From Octopus vulgaris (Eukaryota), in contig OX597831.1 of NCBI GenBank assembly GCA_951406725.2, positions 5,022,001 through 5,086,000 of the forward strand: 64,000 bases of DNA, given 5' to 3'. Shown one piece after another: positions 1 through 14,640 of this stretch. Both the position numbers and the translations under genes were made by a program. A model generated the notes under the pieces. It saw only the letters and a list, made by a program, of their open reading frames with translations. It ran no database searches and had not been told where the DNA came from. How positions within the stretch are numbered: the first letter of the stretch is position 1; every line of letters starts with the position of its first letter.

Positions 1-390
1 TAAAACCACTTCGGTTCTGCTTTGTTGTGTGCGTTTCGTTTGTTGTTACTCCTGTCTAGGTTTTGTTTAATTCCGTTGGGTAGATCGAAAAACAATCCCC
101 ACTACTTCACTTTCGTTTTGTTGTTTGGATTTGGTTTAGAGTTCCTCCTGTCTAGTTTTAGTTTAGTTCAGTGGGGTAGATCGAAAAACAATCCCCACTA
201 CATCAGTTTCGTTTTGTTGTTTGGGTTTGGTTTATCCTTCCTCCTGTCTAGTTTTTGTTTAGTTCAGTGGGGTAGATCGAAAAACAATCCCCACTACATC
301 AGTTTCGTTTTGTTGTGTGCGTTTCGTTTATCATTCATCCTGTCTAGTTTTTGTTTAGTTCAGTGGGGTAGAGTGAAAAACAATCCCATA
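1..390. repeat. Tandem minisatellite, 96-bp unit, about 4 copies, probably continuing beyond the window start
   Basis: CCTGTCTAG recurs at 51, 147, 243 and 339 (period 96). The 32-aa periodicity of ORF 22..582 follows from this. Confidence 0.9.
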
Positions 391-765
391 ACCCTTTGCA
401 AACACGTCTGCGGAATGAAGAAGATGAAGAAAACATTTAACAATAGCAGATTAAATGATAAATTGATAGATTACAATCTGATTTGTTTGGAAGTTCCAAT
501 ATTTAATAATCTTGCGTCGCTGTTGTTAAAGGACAAGACAGTGACTTGCTATTTGCTTTTAGATTTCAGCCACAATTCATAAATGTGGCGAAAGTCGACA
601 TATTGCTGACAAAGTCTTCCTTTTCAAAGCAAACATCAAACGATTTGGAAACTAAATTCTATGTTAAATTTACAAGATAACTTTGTACCTGTATTAATAC
701 GGTGTACCCATATACTTAGATTATACATATGTATAGTGTGTATATATGTATACATATAGGCACAA

Positions 766-872
<107 letters not shown>

Positions 873-876
873 TATA

Positions 877-1045
877 GGCCCAAGAGTGGTTGTGTGGTTG
901 AGAGATCAAGGCACGCAACCATGTAGTTTTGGGTTCGGTAACACTACGCGATACGTCGCGCAAGTGTCTTCAACTATAGCCCTGGACTAACTAAAATCTA
1001 TTGCCCCGGACTAATTAATGCCTATTTGGTAGACGAAAACTGTGT
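877..1045 (+). mobile_element. SINE family A, degenerate 5' half
   Basis: Matches the head of the full copy at 2714 (gagtggttgtgtgg...gggttc...caagtgtctt...tttggtagacgaaaactg). Confidence 0.7.
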
Positions 1046-1076
1046 ATATATATATGTATATATGCCTCTGTGTGTG

Positions 1077-1107
<31 letters not shown>

Positions 1108-1181
1108 ATGTACATATGCGTACATATATAAATATATACATGTATATATATATATGTATATATACATATATATACATATGC

Positions 1182-1226
<45 letters not shown>

Positions 1227-1247
1227 AGCATTGTGTGTGTGTGTACA

Positions 1248-1522
1248 CACTAATCCCTAGCCATATCGCGGTTCACTTATCGCGGTTCACTTATCACGGT
1301 TCACTTATCACGGTTCACCTATCGCGGTTTATTATTTAAGCTTACGTCGATTCCTGCATGATGTTGTTTTGCATTTATAATATAATAGATATATACAAAT
1401 TATAAAAGTTATATATATATATATATATATATATACAGTACAGTACTGTTTCTACTTCGCAGATTTCCATCCATCGCGTGGGGTTTTGGAACGTAACACC
1501 CGCGATAGACGAAGGGTTACTG
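1248..1522 (+). mobile_element. pogo/Tigger-like MITE
   Basis: Imperfect terminal inverted repeats CAcTAATCCCTaG and CGAAGGGTTACTG. Internal 14-bp tandem (atcgcggttcactt) about 4.5 times. The same left end occurs inverted at 52622-52708. Confidence 0.6.
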
Positions 1523-1528
1523 TGTGTG

Positions 1529-1566
<38 letters not shown>

Positions 1567-1580
1567 CATAAATGCATATG

Positions 1581-1637
<57 letters not shown>

Positions 1638-2166
1638 GTACATATATATCTATATATATGTGTGTATATCTATATATGTGTGTGTATGTATGTATGTATG
1701 TATGTATGTATGTATGTATGTATGTGCGTCGTCTTATGTCTATGTACTGTACCTTCATATATGCGTCAGCCTTTGGCACTTTGGCACTAAATGAGACAGA
1801 GACAGACGTGTAATAAATTAAGTGATACAAAATCTTTATAAAACAACTTCGTTTGTTACAAAACTTGAAATCTATCGATTTTCCAGTTCTGTAAGACATA
1901 AGATATGGTAATTTAACGCTGGAGATTTGGTGAAGAGCCATTAAGGGAGATTTTACGTTATGTTTCACACTTTTCGGAAACCCTAATAAATAACAAAAAT
2001 AAAAAAGGGCTTCATTTATACAGTGTCTCTCCCATTTCATCTGCTAATTAACCCTTCTTGACAAATTTCGAAATATTAAGGCACCTCTTAATACGGAACG
2101 TATTTCGAAATTCGCTACCGAGCGGGTTTCATTTTATGTAAAGTTAACGGAATATAGTATAGATGT

Positions 2167-2238
<72 letters not shown>

Positions 2239-2280
2239 TGAGATTATGGTGCATGAGAAATAATATTAATCGAGTATAAG

Positions 2281-2495
2281 GCATCGAGTTAGAAGAATTT
2301 CTGAGCAAGCCGGACAAAATGCGTAACGGCATTTCTTCCGTCGCTACGTTCTAACATCAAATTCCACCCAAGTCAACTGTGCCTCTCATCCTTTCTGGTT
2401 CGATGAAATAAGTACCAGTTCTGTACTGGGGTCGATGTAATCGATTTACCTACTCTCCCGAACTAGTTTAACTCGTGCCGAAATTTGAAATCAAT
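2281..2495 (+). mobile_element. SINE family B, diverged copy
   Basis: Alignable by eye to the family B consensus (caaattcc...gcct.tcatccttt...ataagtaccag...ctggggtcgatgtaatcga). Confidence 0.7.
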
Positions 2496-2679
2496 ATCAG
2501 TCTGGTATCGATTTTAGTCAATGATATCCCGATAAAAGGACGCTCAATGAATCGCATTTCGAAACTAATAATGGGCGTAAATTGAAATTTCATATTGGTC
2601 AGAGTAACTTTCCTCTCTTACATGACCAGGTGAACTGAGGCAGTCACAAGAGACAAGGCACTATATAATACTGGATATA

Positions 2680-2713
<34 letters not shown>

Positions 2714-2715
<2 letters not shown>

Positions 2716-3110
2716 CGCAGGAGTGGCTGTATGGTAAGTAGCTTGTTAACCAACCACATGGTTCCAGGTTCAGTCCCACTGCGTGGCATCTTGGGCAAGT
2801 GTTTTCTGCTATAGCCCCGGGTCGACCAATGCCTTATGAGTGGATTTGGTAGACGGAAACTGAAAGAAGCCTGTCGTATATATGTATATATATATGTGTG
2901 TGTATATCTTTGTGTTTGTCCCCTTAGCATTGCTTGACAACCGATGCTGGTGTGTTTACGTCCCCGTAAATTAGCGGTTCGGCAAAAGAGTGCGATAGAA
3001 TAAGTACTAGGCTTCCAAAGAATGAGTCCTGGAGTCGAGTTGCTCTACTAAAGGCGGTGCTCCAGCATGGCCGCAGTCAAATGACTGAAAGAAGTTAAAG
3101 AGTAAAAGAG
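2714..3110 (+). mobile_element. SINE family A, full length (tRNA-derived head, internal TA/TG microsatellite, LINE-like tail)
   Basis: Pol III A-box-like TGGCTGTATGG and B-box-like GGTTCAGTCCC. Tail ggcggtgctccagcatggccgcagtcaaatgactgaaa followed by gtaaaagag repeats. Many near-identical copies in the window. Confidence 0.9.
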
Positions 3111-3126
3111 TATATATATATATACA

Positions 3127-3365
3127 CTCTTTACTCTCTTTTTACTCTTTTACTTGTTTCAGTCATTTGACTGCGGCCATGCTGCAGCACCGCCTTTAGT
3201 AGAGCAACTCGACTCCAGAACTCATTCTTTGGAAACCTAGTACTTATTCTATCGGACTCTTTTGCCGAACCGCTAAGTTACGGGGACGTAAACACACCAC
3301 AATCGGTTGTCAAACGATGTTGGAGGGACAAACACAAAGATATACACACACATATATACACACAA

Positions 3366-3427
<62 letters not shown>

Positions 3428-3589
3428 GATGGGCTTCTTTCAGTTTCCGTCTACCAAATCTACTTACAAGGCTTTGGTGGGCCCGAGGCTATAGTAGAAG
3501 ACACTTGCCTAAGGTGCCACGCAGCGGAACTGCACCCGGAAGCATATGGTTGGTAAACAAGCTACTTACCACACAGCCATTCCTGCGCC
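3127..3589 (-). mobile_element. SINE family A, full length, inverted relative to the preceding copy
   Basis: Reverse complement of 2714-3110 with a longer internal (TA)n. Confidence 0.9.
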
Positions 3590-3971
3590 TGTGTGTGTGT
3601 GTGTGTGTGTGCATATACACACACGCACACAAATGTATGTACGTGTAGATGCATGTGTGGCCCTGACATGTATAATTAAATTAGATTCGGATAAAAACCT
3701 TGTAGTAAGTTGTGCAAAGCTCAAAGCACGTCCACAGGTATTGGTTATCAGATGTCATCATATGATGGGAATACTCAAAGCTACAGGATATACATTAGAA
3801 AAGCGCATCTTGCACCTTTGTTCGATAACATGGATTATACAATATGTTATTCATGTGGTTTCACCAATGTACTACGAATGTAAAAAAAAATGTGTGGAAA
3901 TAGTTGTAGTGATATTAAATAAAGATTATCATTCAGTCCGTTTTCTATTATTATTATTATTATTATTGTTG

Positions 3972-4077
<106 letters not shown>

Positions 4078-4245
4078 CATGCTTGAGGCATTTTCGTGTT
4101 TAGTAAGCTCCGTTTTGAGTATGCAGCTTGCTGTGGATTTTTCGACAGGTGTATATCCATTCTGTTATGCTCTCCTCGTCAAACATTCAAAGATATTCAG
4201 CAGATATTTGAATATACGAGGCTACCAATAGACATTTCAATCAAT

Positions 4246-4298
<53 letters not shown>

Positions 4299-4361
4299 AA
4301 CACATACACACACACACACATATATATATATATGTATATATAAATACATAGATGATTACAT

Positions 4362-4437
<76 letters not shown>

Positions 4438-4483
4438 GTATATGTATACATACATATATATAAATATATGTATATGTATACAG

Positions 4484-4570
<87 letters not shown>

Positions 4571-4964
4571 TAGGATAAATAAGAATTTATCAAGTAGTCA
4601 GCGTGATAAACCTCATAATTATTGCCTTTAAATATATTTATTTATATTAAGGGCATTGCTACACATAAATGTCTCACGCTATGAGGGACTCTTAAAGTCA
4701 AAACTATCATAATACACTGTATTTATTATGGTAATATATATATATATACGTATATATACATATATATATATATACATACACACATATATATATATACATA
4801 TACATACACATACACATATATATATATATACACATACATACACACACACTCACACATACATGTATAAATATATACATGCATGTAAATATAAATATACACA
4901 CACACGTGCATACACATATATATAAATACACACACATACACACACACACACACATACACACACA

Positions 4965-5024
<60 letters not shown>

Positions 5025-5714
5025 CATACATGCTCACAAATATACATAAACGTCTTCTTACAAAATGTGATAAATGGGAGAACGAGAGAGAAAGAGAGAG
5101 AAGTAGAGCGAGAGAAATTGTAAAGGGAGAGATTGAGAATTGACCAAAACGTGGTGAAATACCGCTGAAACGCTGACATGAACTTTTGCCGGCCATTAGC
5201 CACGTGACAGAAAGGCAAGACCTTTACAAGCCGTGGATTTTATGGAAATTCTGCCGCCAACGACAACAAGGCTTTGCTCGGATTAATATACAAGAGATAC
5301 AATCCGCCAGATCGGACAATGTATTAGAGATGTATTACATTAACGATAGAAAGGTTCACTCGACGCACACATTCTAAACCTAGTGGTGTGTATGACTTGG
5401 TATTGTTCAAAACTATTGTATTCTAAAAGTTCTACTCTCTGTCCAGGCAGATTGATGTGCCGACTTTGGGAATTGTATCATCCCCTCTGATGAATATTTG
5501 CTGGCATTAAATTCCTATCACTTTAACCATTCATTCTTTGGATAACGATTCATTCTGTCACTACCAACATCTTCATTTGTTATTTTCTACTTTCTCTGTG
5601 GAATTTACGGCCGCATTTGTCTTTGAATTCTTTTGTATACTTAAGAATTTTCTAAGTAGTCTTCCCCCAGCTATTATACTGTAGCTGTTTAGAAAGATGT
5701 TTATTTTTGCATAT

Positions 5715-5774
<60 letters not shown>

Positions 5775-6084
5775 TATATATATAGCATATATATATATGT
5801 ATATATATGTATGTATATAAGTATATATGTATATATATATATATGTATATATATATGTATATATATGTATGTGTATATATATAAGTATTTATATATATAT
5901 ATATCTATTTATATATATATGCATGTATATATATATTTATATATATATATGTATTTATATATATGTGTGTGTGTGTGTGTTTATATTTATACATGTCAGT
6001 TTGTGTATGTGTGTGCATATATATATATACACACACATATATATATATACATACACACAACCATACACACATAGATGCATACAT

Positions 6085-6250
6085 ATTAGTTTGTTTACGA
6101 CCTCGAAACTTAGCGGTTCGACAAAAGACGATGTAAAGAATAAGTACCAAGCTTGAGAAAAAAGTAATGGGAGTGAGTTGTTCGACTTATATCCTACAAG
6201 ATCGTGCTCCAGCATGGCCGTTGTGCTGTGCTTAAGACAAGTAAAAGATA
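6085..6250 (+). mobile_element. SINE family A, diverged 3' half
   Basis: acttagcggttcgacaaaaga...aataagtacc...gtgctccagcatggccg. Confidence 0.7.
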
Positions 6251-6987
6251 ATAAGATGTGTGTTGATCGGTGGAGTGTACAGAAGTCATAGGAGTGAAGA
6301 AACGTCAGAAAAGTAGAATAATTCCCTTTAGGAAAACGGTGAATCTTGAAGCAAAAAATGAGACATGGGTTCGACTCCATTTGGCAGATTTCCTTCGACC
6401 TTTTCTTTCCAATGGTTCTTTTAACCCAATATGTTCACGTTTTCATTATAGCTTGATGTGCTTCAAGATTCACTGTTTCTAAAAACAAATGTATATACAT
6501 ATATATATATATATATACCGTGATCACGTGAACGACCATAATATCAGATGTTGCTACGCATCCCTGGTCACAATGCGCTTTTGCAATATTCTTTTACTTG
6601 TTTCAGTCATTTGACTGCGAAGTATGTATAATCCGAAGTATGGAACGTTGCAAATGTTCGCAATGACCGTTATTGTTCCTTATTATTTTCTTCTTCGTCT
6701 CTTGGCATTTCTCATTGTGGTGTATGATGTCTGCTGGAGTGGATGGAAAGTACGTACGTCCATAGACAAAGAGGATAACGGCAAATTTTTGCAGCTTCCG
6801 ACGTTTTAGGTTTCTACTTTTTTAATAAAAGACATCACAACAACCACTCGCAGACTTGGTATAGTGATAGTAGAACTAGTGGCACTGGTTCTGTTGTTAG
6901 GGAGGTGAGGTGGTCATGGTGGGATAGAGACATTTCCTTCAGAATATTTTGATGTAATAGTGGTATTTGTTGTTGATATTTGCTCCC

Positions 6988-7315
6988 ATGGCTCAGTGGT
7001 TAGAGCGTTGGGCTTACTATCGTGAGGTTGTGAGTTCGATTCTTAGACTGGGTTGTGTGTTGTGCTTTTGAGCAAGACACTTTATTTCACGTTGTTCCAG
7101 TCCACTCAGCTGTAGAAATGAGTTGCGACGTCACAGGTTCCCAGCTGTATCGGCCCCTTTACCTTTCCCTTGGATAACATTGGTGGCATGGAGAAGGGAG
7201 GCTGGTATGCTTGGGTGACTGCTGATCTTCCACAAACAACCTTTCCCGGACTTGTGCTAAGGATGAGAACTTTCTAGGTGCAATTTCATGGTCATTCATG
7301 ACCGAAGAGGTCTCT
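6988..7315 (+). mobile_element. SINE family C (tRNA-derived head, CORE-like centre)
   Basis: A box TGGCTCAGTGGTTAGAGC and B box GAGTTCGATTC, then tgagcaagacacttt...cactcagctgtagaaatgag. A second copy lies on the minus strand at 27818-28106. Confidence 0.8.
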
Positions 7316-7517
7316 ACCCAGACCTGAGACAGCTTAATCAAAATATTCCAACCGTCACATGTCATCTCTTAATGGGGTATTTTGTGTCTATGAAGCGGTT
7401 ATAATGATGCCTTAAGAGTTCCCCAATGACCAGACCTCGGAGGCTCAAAACACAATGATGATAGATCCGTCGGATACGAACGCAGAACGTAAAAAGGCTA
7501 TCACTAATTAGCACGAC

Positions 7518-7809
7518 TTGCTTTGCTTTGCTTTGTGATGGAGTTCACCTAGGGCGGGTTGAGCCGGCTTCTTCTCTGGTCCTGACGGCATCACGAACCA
7601 TGGCAGCCCACGCTCGACGGTCCTGTGCGAGGTCATTGGAGATAGCGAACCATTCGCGGTTCCATCTGCGCAGACCGACCACCTGCGGACCTGAGAGTTC
7701 AGAGAGGTCCTCCTTTATCGTCGTTGCCCATGTCTTCAGCTTCCCGCCCGTGCGTTTGCGCCAGTTGGGAAGCGGAGGTGGGAGAAGGTCATCGCGAATC
7801 AGCTCACTT
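7518..7809 (-). mobile_element. 5'-truncated RTE-clade LINE, 3' end
   Basis: Encodes RKRTGGKLKTWATTIKEDL...LAQDRRAWAAMV, a typical RTE ORF C-terminus. Short 3' UTR ending in (CAAAG)n. Candidate 14-bp TSD ctaattagcacgac (7504) / ctaattggcacaac (7810). Confidence 0.8.
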
Positions 7810-8104
7810 CTAATTGGCACAACGCCATTTTGTCGGTTACTCTGCAAATTCTAGAGAAATGCTTTAAAATAGGAAGGAAGGTGACAATAATAAAATGGTT
7901 CATATCAGTAATAGTCAGTGAGACACAGGTTGACTGACCTGGGGTTAAACCGCAACATAATCAACAACAACCCAACAATAAGCAATAACACCTGCTATGG
8001 CTGTCCTTATCAGAGGTCAGTGAATCTATATAGACGAACTGATAGTGTTGAAGTGGTTGAGTACATCAAAAGCACACAAACACGGAAATACTTATAAATA
8101 CGAT

Positions 8105-8345
8105 GGAAGCGCGTGGCAAAGTGGTCAGGGTATTACACTCATGATCGTAAGATTGCGGTTTCGATTCCTGAACCGAGTGATGTGCTTTGTACTTGAACAA
8201 AACATCTACATTAGCGGTGCAATCGTCCACTCAGCTCGCAAAAATGGATAATGTTGCGACAGAGCGGTGTCCAGTCTTGGTGCGGATTATATATACACCA
8301 CACAATGGGAGAAAGCCGTGTTATGAGGTAACGGCTTGGGAAGGA
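8105..8345 (+). mobile_element. Diverged tRNA-headed SINE (family D-like)
   Basis: A-box-like gtggcaaagtgg, B-box-like ggtttcgattcc, then gtccactcagct. Related to 11035-11266 and 63858-64000. Confidence 0.55.
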
Positions 8346-8425
8346 CATTTGACTGTTTTTATATTAATCAATATGAATGTATGTTCGTATTAGTGTGTGT
8401 ATATGTATAGATATATGCGGGTGGG

Positions 8426-8499
<74 letters not shown>

Positions 8500-8587
8500 G
8501 TGTAAATATGTATATGTATATAAATGTGTAGATATAAATGTATATATAGATAGATAGATAGACAGACAGACAGAGACAGACAGATAT

Positions 8588-8651
<64 letters not shown>

Positions 8652-8791
8652 GTAGATAGATAGATACACAATTATATATATTAGAGAATATATATATGAG
8701 AAAAGAATAAATTATTATCTTATGAAACTCAATAGCTTACAGCTGTTTCTGCTATGAGATGCAGTGGACTTTTAGTCGATATATGTGTGTG

Positions 8792-8861
<70 letters not shown>

Positions 8862-9067
8862 AGAATTTAGTTGCCCTATACAACAAATTTTGTGTGAATG
8901 TATTCCCGGTTATTTAAATACAGATTGAATAACAGCGAATATACAATTGCACGAAACCTATGGTATCGGGTTACTTATTTCTATTAAAAGAATATTCATT
9001 CACACTTGCATTGTTGTGCACTATTTCTTCCAGTTCGTTACCAACGTGTATACGCACACATACACAT

Positions 9068-9119
<52 letters not shown>

Positions 9120-9124
<5 letters not shown>

Positions 9125-9810
9125 TAATCCAAACAAGAAAACACAGAAAAAAAGAAAAAAAAAAGAGAAAAAAACACACAGCAACGCAGGACGTGGAACA
9201 ATTAAAGTATTATTGACGCTCAGGAAAGAAGGGAAGGGGGGTTTAACGTTTCGAGCGGAGCTCTTCGTCGGGAACAAGGAGAAGGAAAGATCCCAAGGAA
9301 GGAAGACAGAGGAGAAAATATTTGAGCTGGTGGTGCTTAAGAGATGTATGTATATATGTATATATACAAATATATATATATATATATGTATGTGTGTGTA
9401 TATATTTGTGTTCGTGTATTAGGATATTGGGTGGTTGGGCAGTGTTGTGTTGAATTAATGTATGTAAATGTAAACCACTTCAGTAAGTATACTTTAATAG
9501 TAAATATGTGTCTGAGTGTTCTTATTTGGATGCAATAATTTGAGAGTGTATATGTATGTTTGAGTAGAGATATGCGTGTGTATGAGTCTGTGTATGTATC
9601 TGTACATGTGTGTTTTCATTGTGTGTACGCATGTATATATATATGTCTTTGGTTTCTATAAAAAATGTAGTTATGGAAGTTGATCTTCTGGATGTAAGAG
9701 TTGTATTAGAGATTTGTGGCAAAATAGATTATTTTTTCGCTGAAGAGATTTCATAAGACTCAAACATGTCCCTTAAATCCAAGATTTGCTTACTTCCAGA
9801 ACTACATTTT
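9120..9810 (-). mobile_element. Penelope-like element 3' remnant containing a hammerhead motif
   Basis: 9120-9320 is homologous to 57035-57215 and carries a hammerhead core. The minus-strand peptide ILDLRDMFESYEI near 9750-9790 weakly resembles the Penelope GIY-YIG C-terminus. Bounded by (TA)n. Confidence 0.5.
9241..9275 (-). ncRNA. Minimal type I hammerhead ribozyme motif (core variant CCGACGA)
   Basis: Minus strand reads GUUC-CCGACGA-A-GAGC(UCC)GCUC-GAAAC-GUU-AAAC. Confidence 0.6.
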
Positions 9811-9822
9811 TTTATATAGGTC

Positions 9823-9866
<44 letters not shown>

Positions 9867-9967
9867 ATATGTATATATATGTATATATATATGTATATAT
9901 ATGTGTATGTGTGTGTATGTGTATGTGTGTATATATATATATGTGTAAAAATGTGTGTGTAAATGTG

Positions 9968-9998
<31 letters not shown>

Positions 9999-10889
9999 AT
10001 GTGTATGTATATATATATAAATATACGTATATATATGCATACATATATATATGTATATATGTGTGTGTGTGTGTGTGTATGGATAGATAGGTTGGTAGAT
10101 ATACACGCATTTGTGTACGTGTATACAATAAAAACTCAAACTCACATATTCGTACATACACACATACATATGTATGTTCATATACGCACACACTCACACG
10201 CACGCACACACATATACATACATATTTATATATGTGTGTGTAAGTGTAAAAACATTTATGCGAGATTAAATACACATATTTAAAACATGCTCCTGTATGT
10301 AACATCATCATCATCATCACCATCATTATCAATACCCTCACTGTTACCACCAGCACCGAGAATGCGCCTGCCACCCCTTATCTACCCTGTGATGATCTGC
10401 TGGAGCATGTACCCAGACACTCCTCTGGGTTATATACAGATTACGTTAGGCATTAGTGAGTTCGTGTACCCGTTTCCACTCAATCAGCTGCGAAGGTTTA
10501 TCTGTGTAGAAATAGGAAGTTCTAATTAGAATCGCTCCACACTACAGCCTTACATAACACTAGGATTTATGTGTGTGTGTGTGTGTGAGTATATATATGT
10601 GTTTGTGTGTGTGTGTGTGTATGCATGTATATTTGAAGTGTGTTTGTGTGTTATGTGCGTATGTATTTACTGCAAATATTTATGCTCGTACGTGTGAATA
10701 ACATGGCTTCTCTTAATGTTAAAAATTTCGCTCGTTCTGTGTTGTACATACAACAATCTATAAATATTCAAACTTAGGAATATCCCTTTCTCTCTCTCTC
10801 TTTCTCTTTCACATTGCATTCTTTGCTGTGGAATTGGTTACGTTGGCATTACGCGGTCGTTGCACTGACAAGATTTCACATATTTAAAT

Positions 10890-11033
<144 letters not shown>

Positions 11034-11034
11034 G

Positions 11035-11266
11035 GGGCTGCAATAACAATGTGACAAGGCTGGCCGCTTTGAAATACAGGTACAACAGAAACAGGGAGAA
11101 AGAGTGGGGACAGAGTACACCAGGATTCGCCACCACCCCTACCGGAACCACGCGGAGCTTTAGATGTTTTCGCTCAATAAAAACTCACAACGCCCGATCT
11201 AGGAATCGAAACTCTGATCCTACGATCGCTCGTCCGCTGCTCTAACCAGTGGGCCATTGCGCCTAC
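11035..11266 (-). mobile_element. tRNA-headed SINE (family D)
   Basis: Minus strand begins ggcgcaatggcccactggttagagcagcgg...gagtttcgattcct (A and B boxes). The internal segment matches the window end (63960-64000). Confidence 0.7.
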
Positions 11267-11667
11267 ACTCTGTATATATATATTTGAATGTGTGTGTGTG
11301 TGGGTGTGTATGTGTGTGTGTGCACGTGTGTATTTTTGTGTGCACGTGTGTATATTTGTGAATGTGTATATGCGTATTGCATATGTGTGTTTGTGAATTT
11401 TTATTTTCTTAAATGCTGTTACGAAACTTCACCATTCTCATCACAAGTACGCTGCTACGAGTAACCCACATACCCCACCCCACCCCCAGTACATTCATAC
11501 TCACAAACACGCTCACACGATGACAATATACACACGTACACCTGTCCACATACATACTCCTATAAGTATAATTACGCCCATACACTCATACACACAAACA
11601 CACACACACACACACACACACATATACGGGTACGTACACACACGCACGCACACAAACACACACACAT

Positions 11668-12005
11668 GGCCTATACACTTACACACTTATTCAGAAACTT
11701 ATACACACATCTGTACATACTCTTATAGAGGCACACACGCCTCTATGCACGCATAGAGCTTTGCACATATACATCTATACGCACACCTACGAACGCCTGT
11801 ATGCACACACATACTCGCATACATACACAAATTCACATACTTATACACACCTGTACACACACCTACACACACAAACAAGCCTATACATACACTTATAGAG
11901 ACACAGGCGAGTACTTACACACCTACAAACCCATATATTTCCACACACACATGAGCCTATACAGAGAAACAATTACACACACACACACACACAACACACA
12001 CACAC

Positions 12006-12039
<34 letters not shown>

Positions 12040-12316
12040 ATCTATACACTTACACACTTATTCAGAAACTTATACACACATCTGTACATACTCTTATGTA
12101 CATACTCTGTACATACACATTCAGAGAAACAATTATACACACACACATACACACAACACACACAACACACACACACACAATACAACACACACACACAATA
12201 CAACACACACACAAAGGATCTATACACTTACACACTTATTCAGACACTTATACACACATCTGTATATACTCTGTACATACACATTCAGAGAAACAATTAT
12301 ACACACACACACATAC

Positions 12317-12350
<34 letters not shown>
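11668..12350. repeat. CA-rich region with three copies of an about 55-bp unit
   Basis: ctatacacttacacacttattcagaaacttatacacacatctgtacatactc occurs near 11670, 12042 and 12220. Confidence 0.8.
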
Positions 12351-12352
<2 letters not shown>

Positions 12353-12808
12353 TGTTGAGCAACACTAGTTTCAACTTAACTACACCAACATCAATAAATG
12401 TTCTAACAACAACATAAAAAAACCAAAATGTCAGCCATCATCATTAACACCCTCTCTCGTTCTCTCCCGCTCTCTCTCTCTCTATCTCTATACTACTCTC
12501 TCTCTCTCTCTCTCACTCTGTCCTCCTCCTCTGTCCTCCCCAGCTCTATCTCCCCCACACCCCCAATTTATGTCACACAACTTCATAATTGAACAACTTT
12601 GCTTTCATCTTTCCATTTTACACTCATCTTACATTTACAAACCACAAACTACAGTCGCCATATTATTTCATATTATTACACTTACAATTACTAACGACCA
12701 CAACAACAACAACAACAACAACAGCTACAACTACAACTACAACGGTTATTACTAGAGCTGCTGCTGCTGCTGCTACTACTACTGCCCCTGCTCGATATGT
12801 GTATAGAA

Positions 12809-12839
<31 letters not shown>

Positions 12840-12951
12840 CAAACGCATATACATACTTGCATACACACGTTCACATACAGTTACATAACTTCACATACAC
12901 ATGCATAAATGTAAGCATACATATATAAATATATATATGTGTGTGTGTATG

Positions 12952-12996
<45 letters not shown>

Positions 12997-14034
12997 CAGA
13001 TATATATATACATATGTATATATATATGTGTGTGTATGTATGTATAATATTACCCATACATAGAAACATACATATACGCATACATACAGGCACATATAAA
13101 AGCACATGCATATTGGTGCACATTCATACACACATGCATGCACACATGGATACCACTACACATACACATATACATACACACACCCACACATACATACACA
13201 TATACATACACACATCCATGCACATCCATATACATACACACATACATAGACATCCATACACATATACATACACACATCCATACACATCCATGCACATACA
13301 CACACCTACACATATATACACATACACATCCATACACATACATACACATCCATACACATACATACACATACATACACATATACATACACACATCCATACA
13401 CATACATATGCACATACATACACACATCCATACACATACATACATATACATACACCTACACATACACACATACATACACATATACATACACACATCCATA
13501 CACATACATATACACATACATACACACATCCATACACATACATACACATACACCTATACATACACATCCATACACGTATACATACACATATGCATACACA
13601 CGAATAGTGAGGAGATGTTTCTAATTACTGTTTAATGTCGTTTATGAAGGCAATTTCCGTTGTTATTCTTCTTTTTGATTTTATTATTCTACGTGTTTTT
13701 GTTGTTGTCGTTGTCATTGTTATTGTTGTTGTTTTTGTTGTTGTTGTTGCTCTTCTTGTTCTTGTTGCAACTGTTGTCGTTTATTTGTCGGTTGTTGTAT
13801 TATTGCCGTTGTTCCTTATAAGCGAGATTATCGATGTTGCTGTTATTATTGTTCCCACAGTCAATGATGTAAATCCGAGGCGTGGTTATCGCTGGTTGTT
13901 ATTGTTGTTGTTGTTGTTGTTGCTGCTGCTGCTGTTGCTGTTGTTGTTGTTGTTATTGTTGTTGTGGTGGTAGTGGTGTTGGTGGTCATTAACCAGATAC
14001 TGTAAAGTGACGCAATGTTGTAACTGTAATAATG

Positions 14035-14262
14035 CGGCGTGCTGGCAGAACCGTTAAGCACGCTGGACAAAATGCTTAGCGGCATTTCATCCGGCTTTAC
14101 CTTCTGGGTTCAAATGCCGCTGGGGTCGAATTTTACCTTTTATCCTTTCACCATTGATAAAATAAGTATCACTGGAGCACTAGGGCTGATTTAATCGACT
14201 TAGCCCCTCCCTTCCCCCCCCCCCCCGAAATTGCTGGCCTAGTGCCAAAACTTGAAACCAAT
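14035..14262 (+). mobile_element. SINE family B
   Basis: Head ggcgtgctggcagaaccgttaagcacgc, B box gggttcaaatgcc, and the family core. Confidence 0.8.
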
Positions 14263-14331
14263 ATGATAACTGGAAGGATAAAAAATAGCAGCTAGTTCTC
14301 TTCCCCTCTCCCCTCTCTCCCTTTCTGCAAC

Positions 14332-14375
<44 letters not shown>

Positions 14376-14494
14376 CTCTCTCACTCTCTCCTCGTCAACT
14401 TACGCTGCCAAAGATATGGAATGGTCAGGCGTACTTTCCACCACAGAACTGTTGGATCTCGGTTCACCTGGCGTTTACACAACAACTACAGCAC

Positions 14495-14640
14495 AGGCGC
14501 AGGCGTTGCTGTTTGGGAAATGTTTTCTTCCCAACGCCACGGTTCAGAGTTCGATCTAATTGCATGTCACCTTGAGCAAGTGTCTTCTACTTGACCGAAG
14601 TCTTGTGAGTTGAGATGGTAGACAGAAACTGAAGGAAGCC

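Noticed and set aside
6988-7055. tRNA gene (also heads at 2714, 11200-11266, 28040-28100, 48600)
   Set aside because: A and B boxes are present, but there is no complete cloverleaf and each continues into a SINE body.
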